Assembly (NCBI GenBank): GCA_032718475.1
Contig: JAUCBJ010007832.1
Coordinates: 3,715-67,714 of the forward strand
Reading direction: 5' to 3'
DNA: 64,000 bases
From: Nemertoderma westbladi
Lineage: Eukaryota > Animalia > Xenacoelomorpha
The position numbers were made by a program, and so were the translations under genes. This document shows positions 37,587-49,558 of this stretch, piece by piece. The notes below the pieces were generated by a model. It saw only the letters and a program-made list of their open reading frames with translations. It had not been told where the DNA came from and did not search any database. The stretch's first letter is position 1. Each line of letters starts with the position of its first letter.

Positions 37587-38860
37587 TATATCACTTTTCT
37601 TTAGGAATACAGTTGTTGCATAACATAGCGCAATAGGAGTGATACATTGTAGTGATATTAATATGAATCCGTCAAGACAAGTTTATTGAACCCAATTTCA
37701 TTGATGTAAATAAAATAAGTTATACAGTATTTATCTTCAAGACGGCGTGAAATACTCCGTGAAATCGAGTAAACTCATTGATGGGCTGTGTTAAAAGATG
37801 TCACCCTGAGGATGGTCTACTGTTAAAAGCACCCCAGGGTGGTCTTTCCTTTTGATATGTTTGTATTTTCAAATGAAACAAATTTAATCAAGTTATAACA
37901 CATCAAGCTAATCGTTCTAATTTATAAGCCAAACAGAAATAACCAAAACAATAAATCTAACTTAGCTTCCTAAGCTACTTAATATGAGTGCGGGTGACGT
38001 AGCACTCGGCGTTCACTTTCCACAGAGAAATACAAGCTGTTTGCCGGGCGGAACAATGTCGAAATTGAGAATATTTTAATATGCAAAAGGTGGGGTATTA
38101 ATTTCCCTAATGTCGAAACTTTAACCTTGCGCTGATTTAACCCAGCGATATCACTACTGCGCTACCCTAACTACCGGTACTGCTGTAAACCTGCTGACCC
38201 GCTACTTTCAAATAACCGCCTAGCGTCGAATATCCTAAATAGAATAAATATAAATATTGCCAATAATAAGAAATAATCAAGAGTCAGTTCAAGCAGTAGT
38301 CATATTCAAAAGTCATAAATCAAGCAACAGTAACCGCGATATCCAGGGCTGGATTTTCGACCAACCAGTGAGCGGAACTTAATTTGGCGATTATTAAAGA
38401 ACATAATCGCCTCAACTTAATTTGGCGATTATTAAAAGCACAATTTAGGCGTTATTTTAGCACAATTTAGGCGTTATTTTAGCACAAACATTGATTTATA
38501 GAGAAATGTAAATTAAATTAGCACAAATATTAATAGATGTTACGAAACGTCAAATTAATTTTTTGTTTTATAGAAGTTTGTCACCGCAAATTAATATACT
38601 AAGGTTTTATTATAAAAATTACATAAGTAGGACTACATACTGTATAAATCGGTTGAATATAATTGAACTTGTGTATTTTATTTTCCCTATCTAATTACGG
38701 TTGTACACCAATACAACTTATCTAATTATTATACTGTATGATGGGTTGTTTTAGTACACAACGCCATATATCGTAACAGGCTGTGGTTGCGATTAATCAT
38801 ATATTATTAATTTTATTTTAATTAAAAAAAATTATATATATATAAATTTTAATTTTATTT

Positions 38861-40240
38861 ATTGTTGCTTGTTGTTGCTCATTGTTGCTCGTTGTTGCTC
38901 ATTGTTGCTCATTGTTGCTCATTTTTGCTCGTTGTTGCTCAAGGTTGTTGTTCGTTGTTGCTCATTGTTGCTCGTTGTTGATCGTTGTTGCTCATTGCTG
39001 TACGTTGATGATCGTTGTTGCTCATTGTTGCTCATTGTTGCTCATTGTTGCTCGTTGTTGCTCATTGTTGCTTGTTGTTGTTCATTGTTGCTCGTTGTTG
39101 TTCATTGTTGCTCGTTCTTGCTCATCGTTGCACGTTGTTGATCGTTGTTGCTCATTGTTGCTCGTTGTTGCTCATTGTTGCTCGTTGTTGCTCATTGTTG
39201 CTAGTTGTTGCAAATTGTTGTTCATTGTTGCTCGTTGTGTCTCATTGTTTGTCGTTGTTGCTCATTTTGCTAATTGTTGATCGTTGTTGCTTATTGTGGC
39301 TCATTGTTGTTCGTTGTGTCTCATTGTTTGTTGTTGTTGCTCATTTTGATAATTATTGATCGTTATTGCTCATTGTCGCCATTGTTGGTCGTTGTTGCTC
39401 ATTGTTGCTTCTTGTTGCTCGTTGTTGTTCATTGTTGCTCGTTGTTGCTCATTGATGCACGTTGTTGATCGTTGTTGCTCATTGTTGCTCGTTGTTGCTC
39501 ATTGTTGCTTGTTGTTGCTCATTGTTGCTCGTTGTTGCTCATTGTTGCTTGTTGTTGCTCGTTGTTGCTCGTTGTTGTTCATTGTTGCTCGTTCTGGCTC
39601 ATTGTTGCTCATTGTTGCTCATTGTTGCTCGTTGTTGCTCAAGGTTGTTGTTCGTTGTTGCTCGTTGTTGATCGTTGTTGCTCATTGTTGCTCATTGTTG
39701 CTTGTTGTTGCTCATTGTTGCTCGTTGTAGCGCATTGTTGCTCGTTGTTGCACATTGTTGTTCATTGTTGCTCATTGTTGCTCGTTGTTGCTCGTTGTTG
39801 ATCGTTGTTGCTCATTGTTGCACGTTGTTGCACGTTGTTGATCGTTGTTGCTCATTGTTGCTCGTTGTTGCTCATTGTTGCTTGTTGTTGCTCATTGTTG
39901 CTCGTTGTTGCTCACTGTTGCTTGTTGTTGCTCGTTGTTGCTCGTTGTTGTTCATTGTTGCTCGTTCTTGCTCATTGTTGCTCATTGTTGCTAATTTTTG
40001 CTCGTTGTTGCTCAAGGTTGTTGTTCGTTGTTGCTCATTGTTGCTCGTTGTTGATCGTTGTTGATCGTTGTTGCTCATTGCTGTACGTTCTTAATCGTTG
40101 TTGCTCATTGTTGCTCATTTTTGCTCGTTGTTGCTCGTTGTTGCTCGTTGTTGTTCATTGTTTCTCGTTCTTGCTCATTGTTGCTCATTGCTGCTCATTT
40201 TTGCTCGTTGTTGCTCAAAGTTGTTGTTCATTGTTGCTCG
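38861..40240. repeat. 10-bp (RTTGTTGCTC)n satellite, left part, split by LTR element 2
   Basis: Direct reading; continues at 52345-53213. Confidence 0.95.
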
Positions 40241-41499
40241 TGTAAAAGCTTCTGTGGGATATAACTGGCCCTTTTGCTTCGCAATCCAGTTTCCCCCCAG
40301 GCGCTGGAATACTCTAAAAAAGGTTCTCTAATTGTATATATATTCCCCTCGCCCGCAAGGTACCGTTACAGGTGTTTTAACGGACATAAAAGTCATTCTG
40401 CTATATACGTGTTTTAGCGGACATGGTAAGGCAAAAACCTGCAATGCACCAAATACCTTTCACAGCTTAGCCGTGATGATTCATATTACGACATCTAACA
40501 GCTGGTTGCTGACATGGAAACAGCCATTGGACGCAGGGTTCTTTGTTGGCTTGAGCCAATCAGAGCGATTTTTCCTGTCGACGTGTAGCTTTTCGGCCGA
40601 TCATAAGGAGAGTGTTCAGTCTTACTGTTTTTTCTTGTTACTTTATTGTTGTTGCTATCTAGGCCAGTAACAACGGCTCTAGAGTCAATTCATTTCATAC
40701 TTTAGAAGAAACATTAGTAGGCTCAAGATTATAGAGCGTATAACTGTTATCGGTTCATAACAACTCACATATCGGTCCATATCAGTACATTGTCATATCA
40801 TATCTTAACCTACCGTCTTAATAGTTTGCTGTTGTTTGGTTGAATATTATTTGGAGAACATTTATAAAGAACCCAAATTTCCCAATTTTCTTGATACACT
40901 ACAGGTTAGAGAGACGGGTTATATATAGCGATTGCGACTTATATTATTGTGGTTTGTAGTGAATTTAATGCTATTTGATAAGCACTACATGAATCCGTTG
41001 CTGTTCTCTTTATATATGATAAAATTCATTGACGGTCGGCAAATTAGTGAGCAGTATTGTGTGTTACCGGTAGTGTGCATGATTGTGACTGATAACTAAG
41101 CATTTCCTAAAGAATGCGCCTCATACGTGAATCATAAGCCTTACCGACTTACCGTTGTGATTAGTATAAGTCATATCTCGGTTTACTTAGATAGAGCGCC
41201 ACGTCCTAAAGGAACTGTTAATATTTCCCGAAAGTAAATAATATTAGTCAGAAATTAATTATTAACGATCAATCGAATAATACAGTACAGTAAGCTTACA
41301 CTGCAATAATAATCTAAGCCCTCAGAATCCAGTCTCCCGGGAATATCCAGTGGGTGAATGGACGCGCACTAGGCTGGCTTCTGCTAATGTTGTGTTTATT
41401 GGTATTAAATATTTGTCATCTTCTAAAGTATATTTATAAACCAAAAGACATATAAATTTTGGCAGGTTAAACTGCTAAAGGTCTTCAAAAGCGCGTACA
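40241..41499 (+). repeat. 5' LTR of element 2
   Basis: Direct repeat of 51086-52344; I saw only about 2 substitutions by eye. Confidence 0.95.
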
Positions 41500-41510
41500 A
41501 TAACAGTTAT
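41500..41510 (+). promoter_or_regulatory. Non-tRNA primer-binding site ATAACAGTTAT, complementary to LTR 40740-40750
   Basis: Abuts the LTR end; exact reverse complement of ATAACTGTTAT in its own LTR. Confidence 0.75.
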
Positions 41511-43762
41511 TGACTTTATTGCAGTAAGCAATAAAGTTGAAAGTACCGGTCAACCGGTAAACCTGAACCGGTACTTCTGTAGGTCAGTAGGCCCAACTGC
41601 CAGAACCGGTACTGCTGTAGGTCCGTAGGTCCAACTGCCAGAACCGGTACTTCTGTAGGTCCGTAGGCCCAACTGTCCTAACCGGTACTTCCAGTATAAG
41701 TACATTAGTATTATTCGATTTTGATTATTGTATACCGGTAGGTCTTAGTATTTAATCAGGGACGGCCGCCCTGGTTTTTATTGAGATTTTACTTATTTCT
41801 GTCGGTTTTATTTACATGTAAGTTAATATTGAGCTGAAGACGTGTAAGTCTGCTCAGATTGTTCAGATAATTGTAGGCCGGACTGTTGTCAGATTGTTGT
41901 TGGGTTTGGAGAGATTACGGCGTGTGTGGAGTTTGTCCGATAGAGTGCCAGTTAGTAAGTTGGGGCAGCCATTGCTGTAAGGTCAATCCCCTCTTAAAGA
42001 ATAAGTCGTACTACCGTGTTAGAACGCATACTAACTAACAATTTTGGAATCTGCACATACTGTAGTTTATTTAGGCTTGACAGTATTCTGCCAGCGCTTT
42101 GGCCTGTGTTTGTTTGTGTGGTCTGTTCAGGTACCGTAATAGTTATTACTCAGATATTTTGTAGGCTGGATTGTTGTCTAGCTATTATTAGGTCTGAAGA
42201 GATTGCTGCTTGTGTAGAGTTTGTCTGATAAAGTGCCAGTTAGTAAGTTGGGGCAGTCATAACTGTAAGGTCAATCCCCTCTTAAAGAATAAGTCGTACT
42301 ACCGTGTTAGAATGCATACTAACTAACCGTTTTGGAATCTGCACATACAGTAGTTTATTTAGGCTTGGTGGTAGTCTGCCAGCGTTTGGTTTGTATTTTG
42401 TTTGAGTATTCTGTACGGGTAGCGTAATATTTATTATTCAGAGTTTATGCGATTATTCGCAACATTCATGTCCCCAAGTTTATTCCTACAGTAATTGTGC
42501 TTGTTACACATACCGTTATAGTTAAATTAACCCCGGTACTACACGGGCTGCTTGGCGTAGGACAAGACTGGTGATTTTGTGCACCGGTCACTCCAGCAGA
42601 TGCCGTGGTTCTTTTAACTGTTCAAGTATATTTAACTACTGATTATTTGTTGTACCAGTATTGTACCTAATTTAGGGTTTAGTGTACAGTGCTTTCCGAA
42701 GTAATTAGTGTGTAGGCAGTATATTTGTGTTGTAAAGTGGTTAATAGGCACGCTGGATCTGGTAGTCCGCGGTAATTAACTTCTAGGTAGGAACACTCCG
42801 TGATACATAACGTAGTACCTATAGCGATACGGTTATAGGTCGTCAGGCGGTGGTATTTTCCTATCTGGACAACGCAGTGTATTTACTACTACTTATTATT
42901 TTCAAATACCGTAGTACCCTGTCCGTTGTAATAACCAGAATTCTAACCCTTTGTTAGACTGGTTTGTAGACTTCCTGTAAAATTACCCTAAAAATTCGTA
43001 CGTAATATTTTGTTGTGTTTAATTAGAGATTTAATCTCACCCGTATCGTAAGTAATTTGTAGTATTAAGTAACTTAGGTAAATTAGAATTATCTGTTTTA
43101 GTGTCCCATAAATAGCACTTCACTGAGAGCGCACAGCTTCTGTGTAGTGACCCCCCAGAAATAATAACATTTATTTCAAATATTGACAAAACCCTTTTAA
43201 ACGGGTATATATATATTATAAATCAACTCAAACGATTTATAAATAGTAGGCCTGCCATACAACAACTAGGTCTCAAAATCAGTTGGACTACTGCTTAAAT
43301 AACGGTAACAAAGTAAGTTAAAGTAACCAAGTAACCCTAAAATATTCAGAAATTCAATTATTCTAAAAATAATTGACATACCGGTATTTACCATAGGCTT
43401 ATTATATTTATTTCTATAAATTTGAGCTGAAATCATACTGGTATTCTGTAATTAATTCTAGTTCATAATTATACTTATATATACTATAAGTGTAAGCTGC
43501 ATACCGGTATTCACGATAGGCCTATTATATATTTATATATATTTGTGCTAAAATTATATACCGGTACTCTGTGACAAATCTAGTCTGTAATAATACTTAT
43601 ATATATACTATAAGCATACCGGTATTCTAATATATTATATATATATCACGCTACACTGAGTAGCAGTATCGGTAATTAATTGTTAGGCTAACAGTGATAC
43701 TGAATTACTAGACTTACTTTAACTGTATTTATAGCCGTAGGCATTCAACTGTGTAAACAAAC

Positions 43763-46700
43763 ATGTCAGACGCAACCCAATCACTGTCAGATAGTCTCTT
43801 AGAAAGTGTTAGAATGAGTATTAGACTTAGACAGCGTATTAAAAGGATCTGTGACCAAGATAAAAGTATAGAACATCCCAGATCCAAGTCTAAGTCACCT
43901 ACTATTGTAAAAAAGGCCATCCCTACAGTAGTAGTGTCAGACCCTAGGCTAGTAGAACAACGTAGGTCTATCATCAGCACTCGGGCCCAAGTCAAGCGGG
44001 ATCAAGAAGCAGCTGTCAAACCGCAGCAACATCCTAGCCAAGAACCTAGTTCTCAGCGGCCCGATAGCTCCGGTGGTTCGGATACTGCTGAGCGGACACC
44101 CGAACGCGGAGCGAAGATGGCGGATACGGTTTATGATGAGCGGCCAACCTATGAAGAATCAACCGACGCCACTTCTTCTCAAGTGGAAAGCGAAGTGGAA
44201 AGCGAAGTGGAAAGCGAATTAACAGCAGCAGAGAAGCCGCAAACTAGAGATGCCATTGACATCTATCTGTCAGACTATCAGCGATTCCTAGGAGACGAAG
44301 AGTTGAGGAGACGACTGTCTGGACTTCGCCCTAATAGTGAAGGAACCAAGCTTGTGTTGGACGCAATCGATGCGGAAATGTTAGCTGCAGAACAAGCTAA
44401 ATTTGATGAAAAACTCCGCCTCGTTAGAGTCCAAGAAGAACAAATAAAGAAAAAACAGATAGAGGACCGAAAGGCAGCAGCAGTAAAGGCGGCAGAAGCA
44501 GAAGCAGCAAAGGCGGCGGCAGAAGTAGAAGCAGAAAGAAAGGCAGCGGAAGTAGAAGCAAAAGGAAAGGCAGCGGTAGCAGAAGCAGAAAGAAAGGCGG
44601 CAGCGGCAATGGCAAAGGCAGTGGCAGAAGCAGAACGGAGAGCGTCTGAGGAGACTACCCAACTGGAGTTGGAAAATCTGCAAGAGACGCAAGACTACAT
44701 AAATAAAAAGCTAACTGCTAGTCGAATGCAGATGATGAGACGATCTACTCCAAAACGCCAGGGATACACGTCATCGGAGGAAAGCGAAACCACCGATCCT
44801 GAAGGCGGAAGAAATAGATCTCGTCTAAGCAGGCGTAGAAAAACATCTCACCGTCATAAACTGCCTGATTTGCCCCCAGCTGTCAGAAGACAACTAGCTA
44901 GCACAGACTTAGGTAGTACAGGACCCACAGACCAAATTATTCAGGTCACAAGACTCCCTACAATAGTTGATGAGCCTGAAATAATTAGGCCTGTCGTTCC
45001 CAAAGCCACTCCTGTGCTAGAGACCCCTGTACTTCCAGAGCTTAACTCTAAATTCCCTCTACACAGTACTACACTGTCTGTACCCGGTAGAACAGTCCAT
45101 GAGAATATCCCTGTCCTGGAAGCTGAGAGAGAAATCAAAGATTTGTCTCCCGTCGTCCCGCGTCAGCCCGCTACAATGTTGGCGACTCCCGCTTCGGCGG
45201 TTGAGTGGGTAGAGGAGGGACGACGGGGGATGAATCTCCTGCTCGGACAGATGCAGGAGACTGTCCACCAATTTAAGGGAACAGTAAGGGAAGGTAGGGC
45301 CGAATTGCAAGAAGTGCAGCAAAGTATCGCGCTAGAACGCGACAAATTAGTCAACATACCAAAGGGTATACCCATACCCCCTGTAACATTGTGTCAACCT
45401 GTTAGGTCTGAAGTATTACATGCGCAAGGTGTGGAGCCTACACGCATCTATACTGCTAGTGAAGTAGAAACCCCTATAGCAAACCCTATTAAGGGTGATT
45501 ATAGACCTGTTGTTAATGATGTTCCCTATAGACCTGATAATGATCCGAGAAATTTATATACCGATAATTCGATATTAAATAACACGATGGCCCAAGAAAG
45601 CTTTACGCGTCAGATGGCTAGAACAGAAGCCCGCCAAGCGGTCAAAGTGGGAGAGATCGTTAAATTCAATGGAGATGAGATGAAATGGCTACCTTTCAAT
45701 GAATATTACAAAGATAGCATACAAAACTCTGTACTATCTAACGGAGAGAAACTTAGGTTCCTCATCAAGTGCTTGGAAGGACCTCCCAGGTTAATGGCGT
45801 TAAAGTTTATTGGACATCCAGATGGATTAAGACAAGTTTGGGATACATTAAACATCAGGTATGGTAACAAAGATAACATAGCTAAGTATTTGTATGCAAA
45901 ATTAGTAGCCCCCCGACACTTCCTTAGTAGCGGGATTATAGAGTTTTCCGATGAAATTCAGGAAATCTGTAGACAATTGGACTGGTTAGGTAAGTCTCAT
46001 GAATATCAGAGTTCCATGGTTATTGGAGCAGTAGTCTCTACTTTACCCAAGGGTGGAGTATGTACACGTTGGGACAAGAAAGTGTTGTACATGAATGAAC
46101 AACAACGACGAAGCCCTACCATGACTGATCTCATGTCCTTCTTAGATGGTGAAGTAAAACTACAACTCATCAAGCAGTCCAGAGAGAAAACATCGGAAAA
46201 TAAGGTAAGTGAGAAACCTGCTTCTAGGAGAAGAGTAACACCGGTGTGTTACACTGACGACGGCGAAAGCCAAGCTTCTCAAGAAGAAGACAGCGGGAAA
46301 GACACAGCAAAATCTTACTATGACAACAAGACCTATAAAGACGTAAGTAAATACAAGTCTCGAATCAGTGACAGGAGAGAACAGGTAACAACAACTCCTC
46401 CTACGTCTCCTAAGAGAATGCACGGAAAAAAGCCCGAAGAAAGAACGAGAGTGCATAACGTTACCCAAGGTAAGGTGAGTGATATCAAACCAAAATGTGC
46501 GCTGTGCGACAGGCCCCACCGTTTGAGTGCGTGTGCTGAATTTCTAAAGAAATCCCCTGTAGACAGACGTACAGTCCTGTGGAATAAGCGGTTATGCTAT
46601 AATTGCCTCAGATCAGGACACCAACGGCGAACCTGTTACTCCGACGTAAAGTGTGCAAAGTGTGGCGCGAAACATCACATCTTGTTACACAGTGAGTTCG

Positions 46701-47929
46701 AACGAGACAACCCGAGTCAGGTAAGTGAGCCCGAACTACATGTCCAATTCAGTGATGTAAATGACACTGATCAAGAGTCTGAGATGGAAGGATTCTATAC
46801 TGACGAATTCTCCGACGCCAACGAATCCTGTTATCTAATCAATACCGCAGTGTATCGAGCACTTACTTACGAAAAGGACACCGACAATGAGTTCCCCCCA
46901 ACTACCTTTGACAGACAACCATCTTGGAAAGCTCCAACTTCCAACGTAGGAATCAGAAAATTTCCTGTAGTGCAGGTAAGAGTTCACGGTCCTAACAAAA
47001 GTTACATAGTGAACGCCCTCCTTGACTCCGGCAGCACAGGAACATTCATCGATCAAGAACTAGCCGAAGATATCTTTGCTGGACAACCCAAATTCCGGAC
47101 TAAATTGAATATGTCAGGAATTATGCAGGTTTGGAAATCTACCCTAACGGCAGATTACTATGTAGGTGTGTTGTCCACCCCCCAGGATAAATTAGGAGCA
47201 CAAGGTATAAGGTCGGTAAAAATGGTGGCTATAAAGAACTTCGCTACTACCCAAGCAGACCTTTATAATTGGGACGAGGATGAGAGCATCCAACATCTTA
47301 AGATACCTCGATTCCAGACAGATTATCCTGGAGTGCAAATACTCATCGGCCAAAACGCGCATGAGGCGCTCGAGACATTGGAGAAACGGCCTGCTCAACC
47401 GCAGCCACTGCAAACCTATGCGGTAAGAACTAGAGTAGGTTGGTACTTCACTGGCCCTTCCCGTAGAACTCTCAAAGAGAGATTACCTCAACAACAGGTA
47501 TACCAAGTAAAGGAATGGGAAGTGGAGAGCAGTGATGTGGACGATCCAACTGAGGGAACACCATACTCCTCAGATAATGACGATATTAACTCCAATGTAG
47601 ATCAATGGAGACATTGCCTTGGGACGATTAATCCAGCCGACATCGCTTCCAGAGGAGCAACTCCTCAAGAACTGATAGATACTCCAGGCTGGTTAGGTGG
47701 ATCCGACTTCTTAAGTAAAGAAGAAGAAGAATGGCCTCCTCATCTTACCCCGGCGGAGATTAGACAGGCCAAGGGAGCGGAGAAAATAATACAACAACTC
47801 AATCCCCCAGCTGGTCGTTTATGTTTACTGGAAAGAGACCGAAAACTGTCCGGAAACTATGGAAGGCAAGATACTCTTCCTACGACCACTTCCCTAATCC
47901 GACAAATATCTAGGGACTCCATAACGTAA
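43763..47929 (+). CDS. BEL/Pao Gag-protease polyprotein (copy 2), intact ORF of 1388 aa with vestigial RNase H and integrase tails
   Basis: DUF1759-like Gag, three zinc knuckles, LLDSGS protease, then QWRHCLGTINPADIASRG..W.GGSDFL (end of Pao RNase H) and PAGRLCLLE (integrase C-terminal tail-like). Confidence 0.9.
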   Translation: MSDATQSLSDSLLESVRMSIRLRQRIKRICDQDKSIEHPRSKSKSPTIVKKAIPTVVVSDPRLVEQRRSIISTRAQVKRDQEAAVKPQQHPSQEPSSQRPDSSGGSDTAERTPERGAKMADTVYDERPTYEESTDATSSQVESEVESEVESELTAAEKPQTRDAIDIYLSDYQRFLGDEELRRRLSGLRPNSEGTKLVLDAIDAEMLAAEQAKFDEKLRLVRVQEEQIKKKQIEDRKAAAVKAAEAEAAKAAAEVEAERKAAEVEAKGKAAVAEAERKAAAAMAKAVAEAERRASEETTQLELENLQETQDYINKKLTASRMQMMRRSTPKRQGYTSSEESETTDPEGGRNRSRLSRRRKTSHRHKLPDLPPAVRRQLASTDLGSTGPTDQIIQVTRLPTIVDEPEIIRPVVPKATPVLETPVLPELNSKFPLHSTTLSVPGRTVHENIPVLEAEREIKDLSPVVPRQPATMLATPASAVEWVEEGRRGMNLLLGQMQETVHQFKGTVREGRAELQEVQQSIALERDKLVNIPKGIPIPPVTLCQPVRSEVLHAQGVEPTRIYTASEVETPIANPIKGDYRPVVNDVPYRPDNDPRNLYTDNSILNNTMAQESFTRQMARTEARQAVKVGEIVKFNGDEMKWLPFNEYYKDSIQNSVLSNGEKLRFLIKCLEGPPRLMALKFIGHPDGLRQVWDTLNIRYGNKDNIAKYLYAKLVAPRHFLSSGIIEFSDEIQEICRQLDWLGKSHEYQSSMVIGAVVSTLPKGGVCTRWDKKVLYMNEQQRRSPTMTDLMSFLDGEVKLQLIKQSREKTSENKVSEKPASRRRVTPVCYTDDGESQASQEEDSGKDTAKSYYDNKTYKDVSKYKSRISDRREQVTTTPPTSPKRMHGKKPEERTRVHNVTQGKVSDIKPKCALCDRPHRLSACAEFLKKSPVDRRTVLWNKRLCYNCLRSGHQRRTCYSDVKCAKCGAKHHILLHSEFERDNPSQVSEPELHVQFSDVNDTDQESEMEGFYTDEFSDANESCYLINTAVYRALTYEKDTDNEFPPTTFDRQPSWKAPTSNVGIRKFPVVQVRVHGPNKSYIVNALLDSGSTGTFIDQELAEDIFAGQPKFRTKLNMSGIMQVWKSTLTADYYVGVLSTPQDKLGAQGIRSVKMVAIKNFATTQADLYNWDEDESIQHLKIPRFQTDYPGVQILIGQNAHEALETLEKRPAQPQPLQTYAVRTRVGWYFTGPSRRTLKERLPQQQVYQVKEWEVESSDVDDPTEGTPYSSDNDDINSNVDQWRHCLGTINPADIASRGATPQELIDTPGWLGGSDFLSKEEEEWPPHLTPAEIRQAKGAEKIIQQLNPPAGRLCLLERDRKLSGNYGRQDTLPTTTSLIRQISRDSIT

Positions 47930-49558
47930 TAACATATGGAGTGGGCGTGTGACTATATCATTTTATATTTGTTTTTATTTTATATTTATGTATGTATTAT
48001 TATGTAATTTTATTATAATCGTTTTCTTTAATTTTATTTAGTAGAATGTTATTTTAGGGATTATTTAGTAGATTAGTGCAATATATTAGTGTTTATTACG
48101 TACGTAATTACTTATAATATATTTAGTGCGACGGCGAGAAATAATTATTTTTTCTCTTTCCTTACTGTCCGTATCATATTGTAAATACGTGACTACAGTA
48201 AGATGAGATGTCCGTACTTAGTAAAGTACAATAAAGCCACTACTATATTCAAGTATTATTGGTAGGCAGAGTATTAGGAATGCAAAGTTCAGATCCTCGT
48301 GTCTCGGCTAAACCAAGCTCTGGGTAGACCTTGGAAACGACTTGCCTCTTCACACTGACATTGCTTCGTGCGATATTGCTCTTCTACCTTATATTAAATA
48401 ATACATATAGTAGCGTGATGTCCCTCTAACAGTAGCGTAAAACGCAAATAAATCTGTTAAACCTTTTGACCATCTGTAATTCTAGTCGATTAAGATATCG
48501 CGGCACCCACCGATATACTTGAAAGACAAATTCTAGAATCAGTGGTTACCGTCCCCAGACAAGTTCTGGAATAAATCGGTGCCCATCTTAAATATTAATT
48601 TAATATTTATTAAAATCTGTAAAATTCAGATCCGATAACAATTCTAGTCAATTAAGATATCGCAGCACTTACCGATACTCTTTTAAAGGACAAATTTCAT
48701 AGAATTAAGGATCCTATGCCCCCAGACCTGCTCTGGAATCAAATTGTGTCAATTTTAACATCAAATAATAAAATTCACGGGAATAAATTTAAATTCATAT
48801 TTTAAATGAATTTCATAAATTGTCATTTTGTACAATTTATAACATTCCCAAAATTCCATTAATTAATAGATCATGGGAGCGGAGATTCATCCTATTGAGT
48901 GTATTAGAGTGCGAGAATCTCCAACATATAGTCAATAGCCGATAAAATTAATAAAATCATGCATAAAGAGGATATTGACAATTAAAGAATTATTATTAAA
49001 TAGCATCCCAGATCTGTATGCATGAGAATTACCCTAATTCTACCGCTAGCATTCCATAATGTCACCATAGCAACACCCACGCTAGAATTAGAAGCAAGTT
49101 AAAAGAACAATAGAAAGCTTGTCCCATTGCATAGCATAGAGAATATAGCACACTGTTAGTATCCAAGGATACACAGTAATAACGTGACATTCTGGAAGGC
49201 ACTGACTAACGGACAAATGGCCTGTATGTGTACAATTGGTGACAGTTGTGTGGAATTTGTGCGTTTGTAGGTGAATGTTACTGCTAAGGTGTGTTTACAG
49301 TAGCTAGTCGCAATTGTGAAAGTAACCCAACTCTCCTATAGAAAGAACCTAAAGTGGATTCAAGCCTTTGGGACGGACAGTGGAGTGACTTGTGCCGGTT
49401 ATCGTTGTCGTACTGTTGCTACATGTTGGCGTAAACACCGCGACAACGGTACATCGGCGCTGAGGATCCCACTGTCCGGGGGCAAAGAGAGGTAGGCAGC
49501 GACGTCCGCTCGCCTAAACATAAACTCATTTCGATATTAACAAACTCAGATAGCAGAT

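Noticed and set aside
38869-40331. Cys/Leu-rich LLIVAHCC ORFs (also at 52443-53369)
   Set aside because: Translations of a 10-bp satellite, open in several frames
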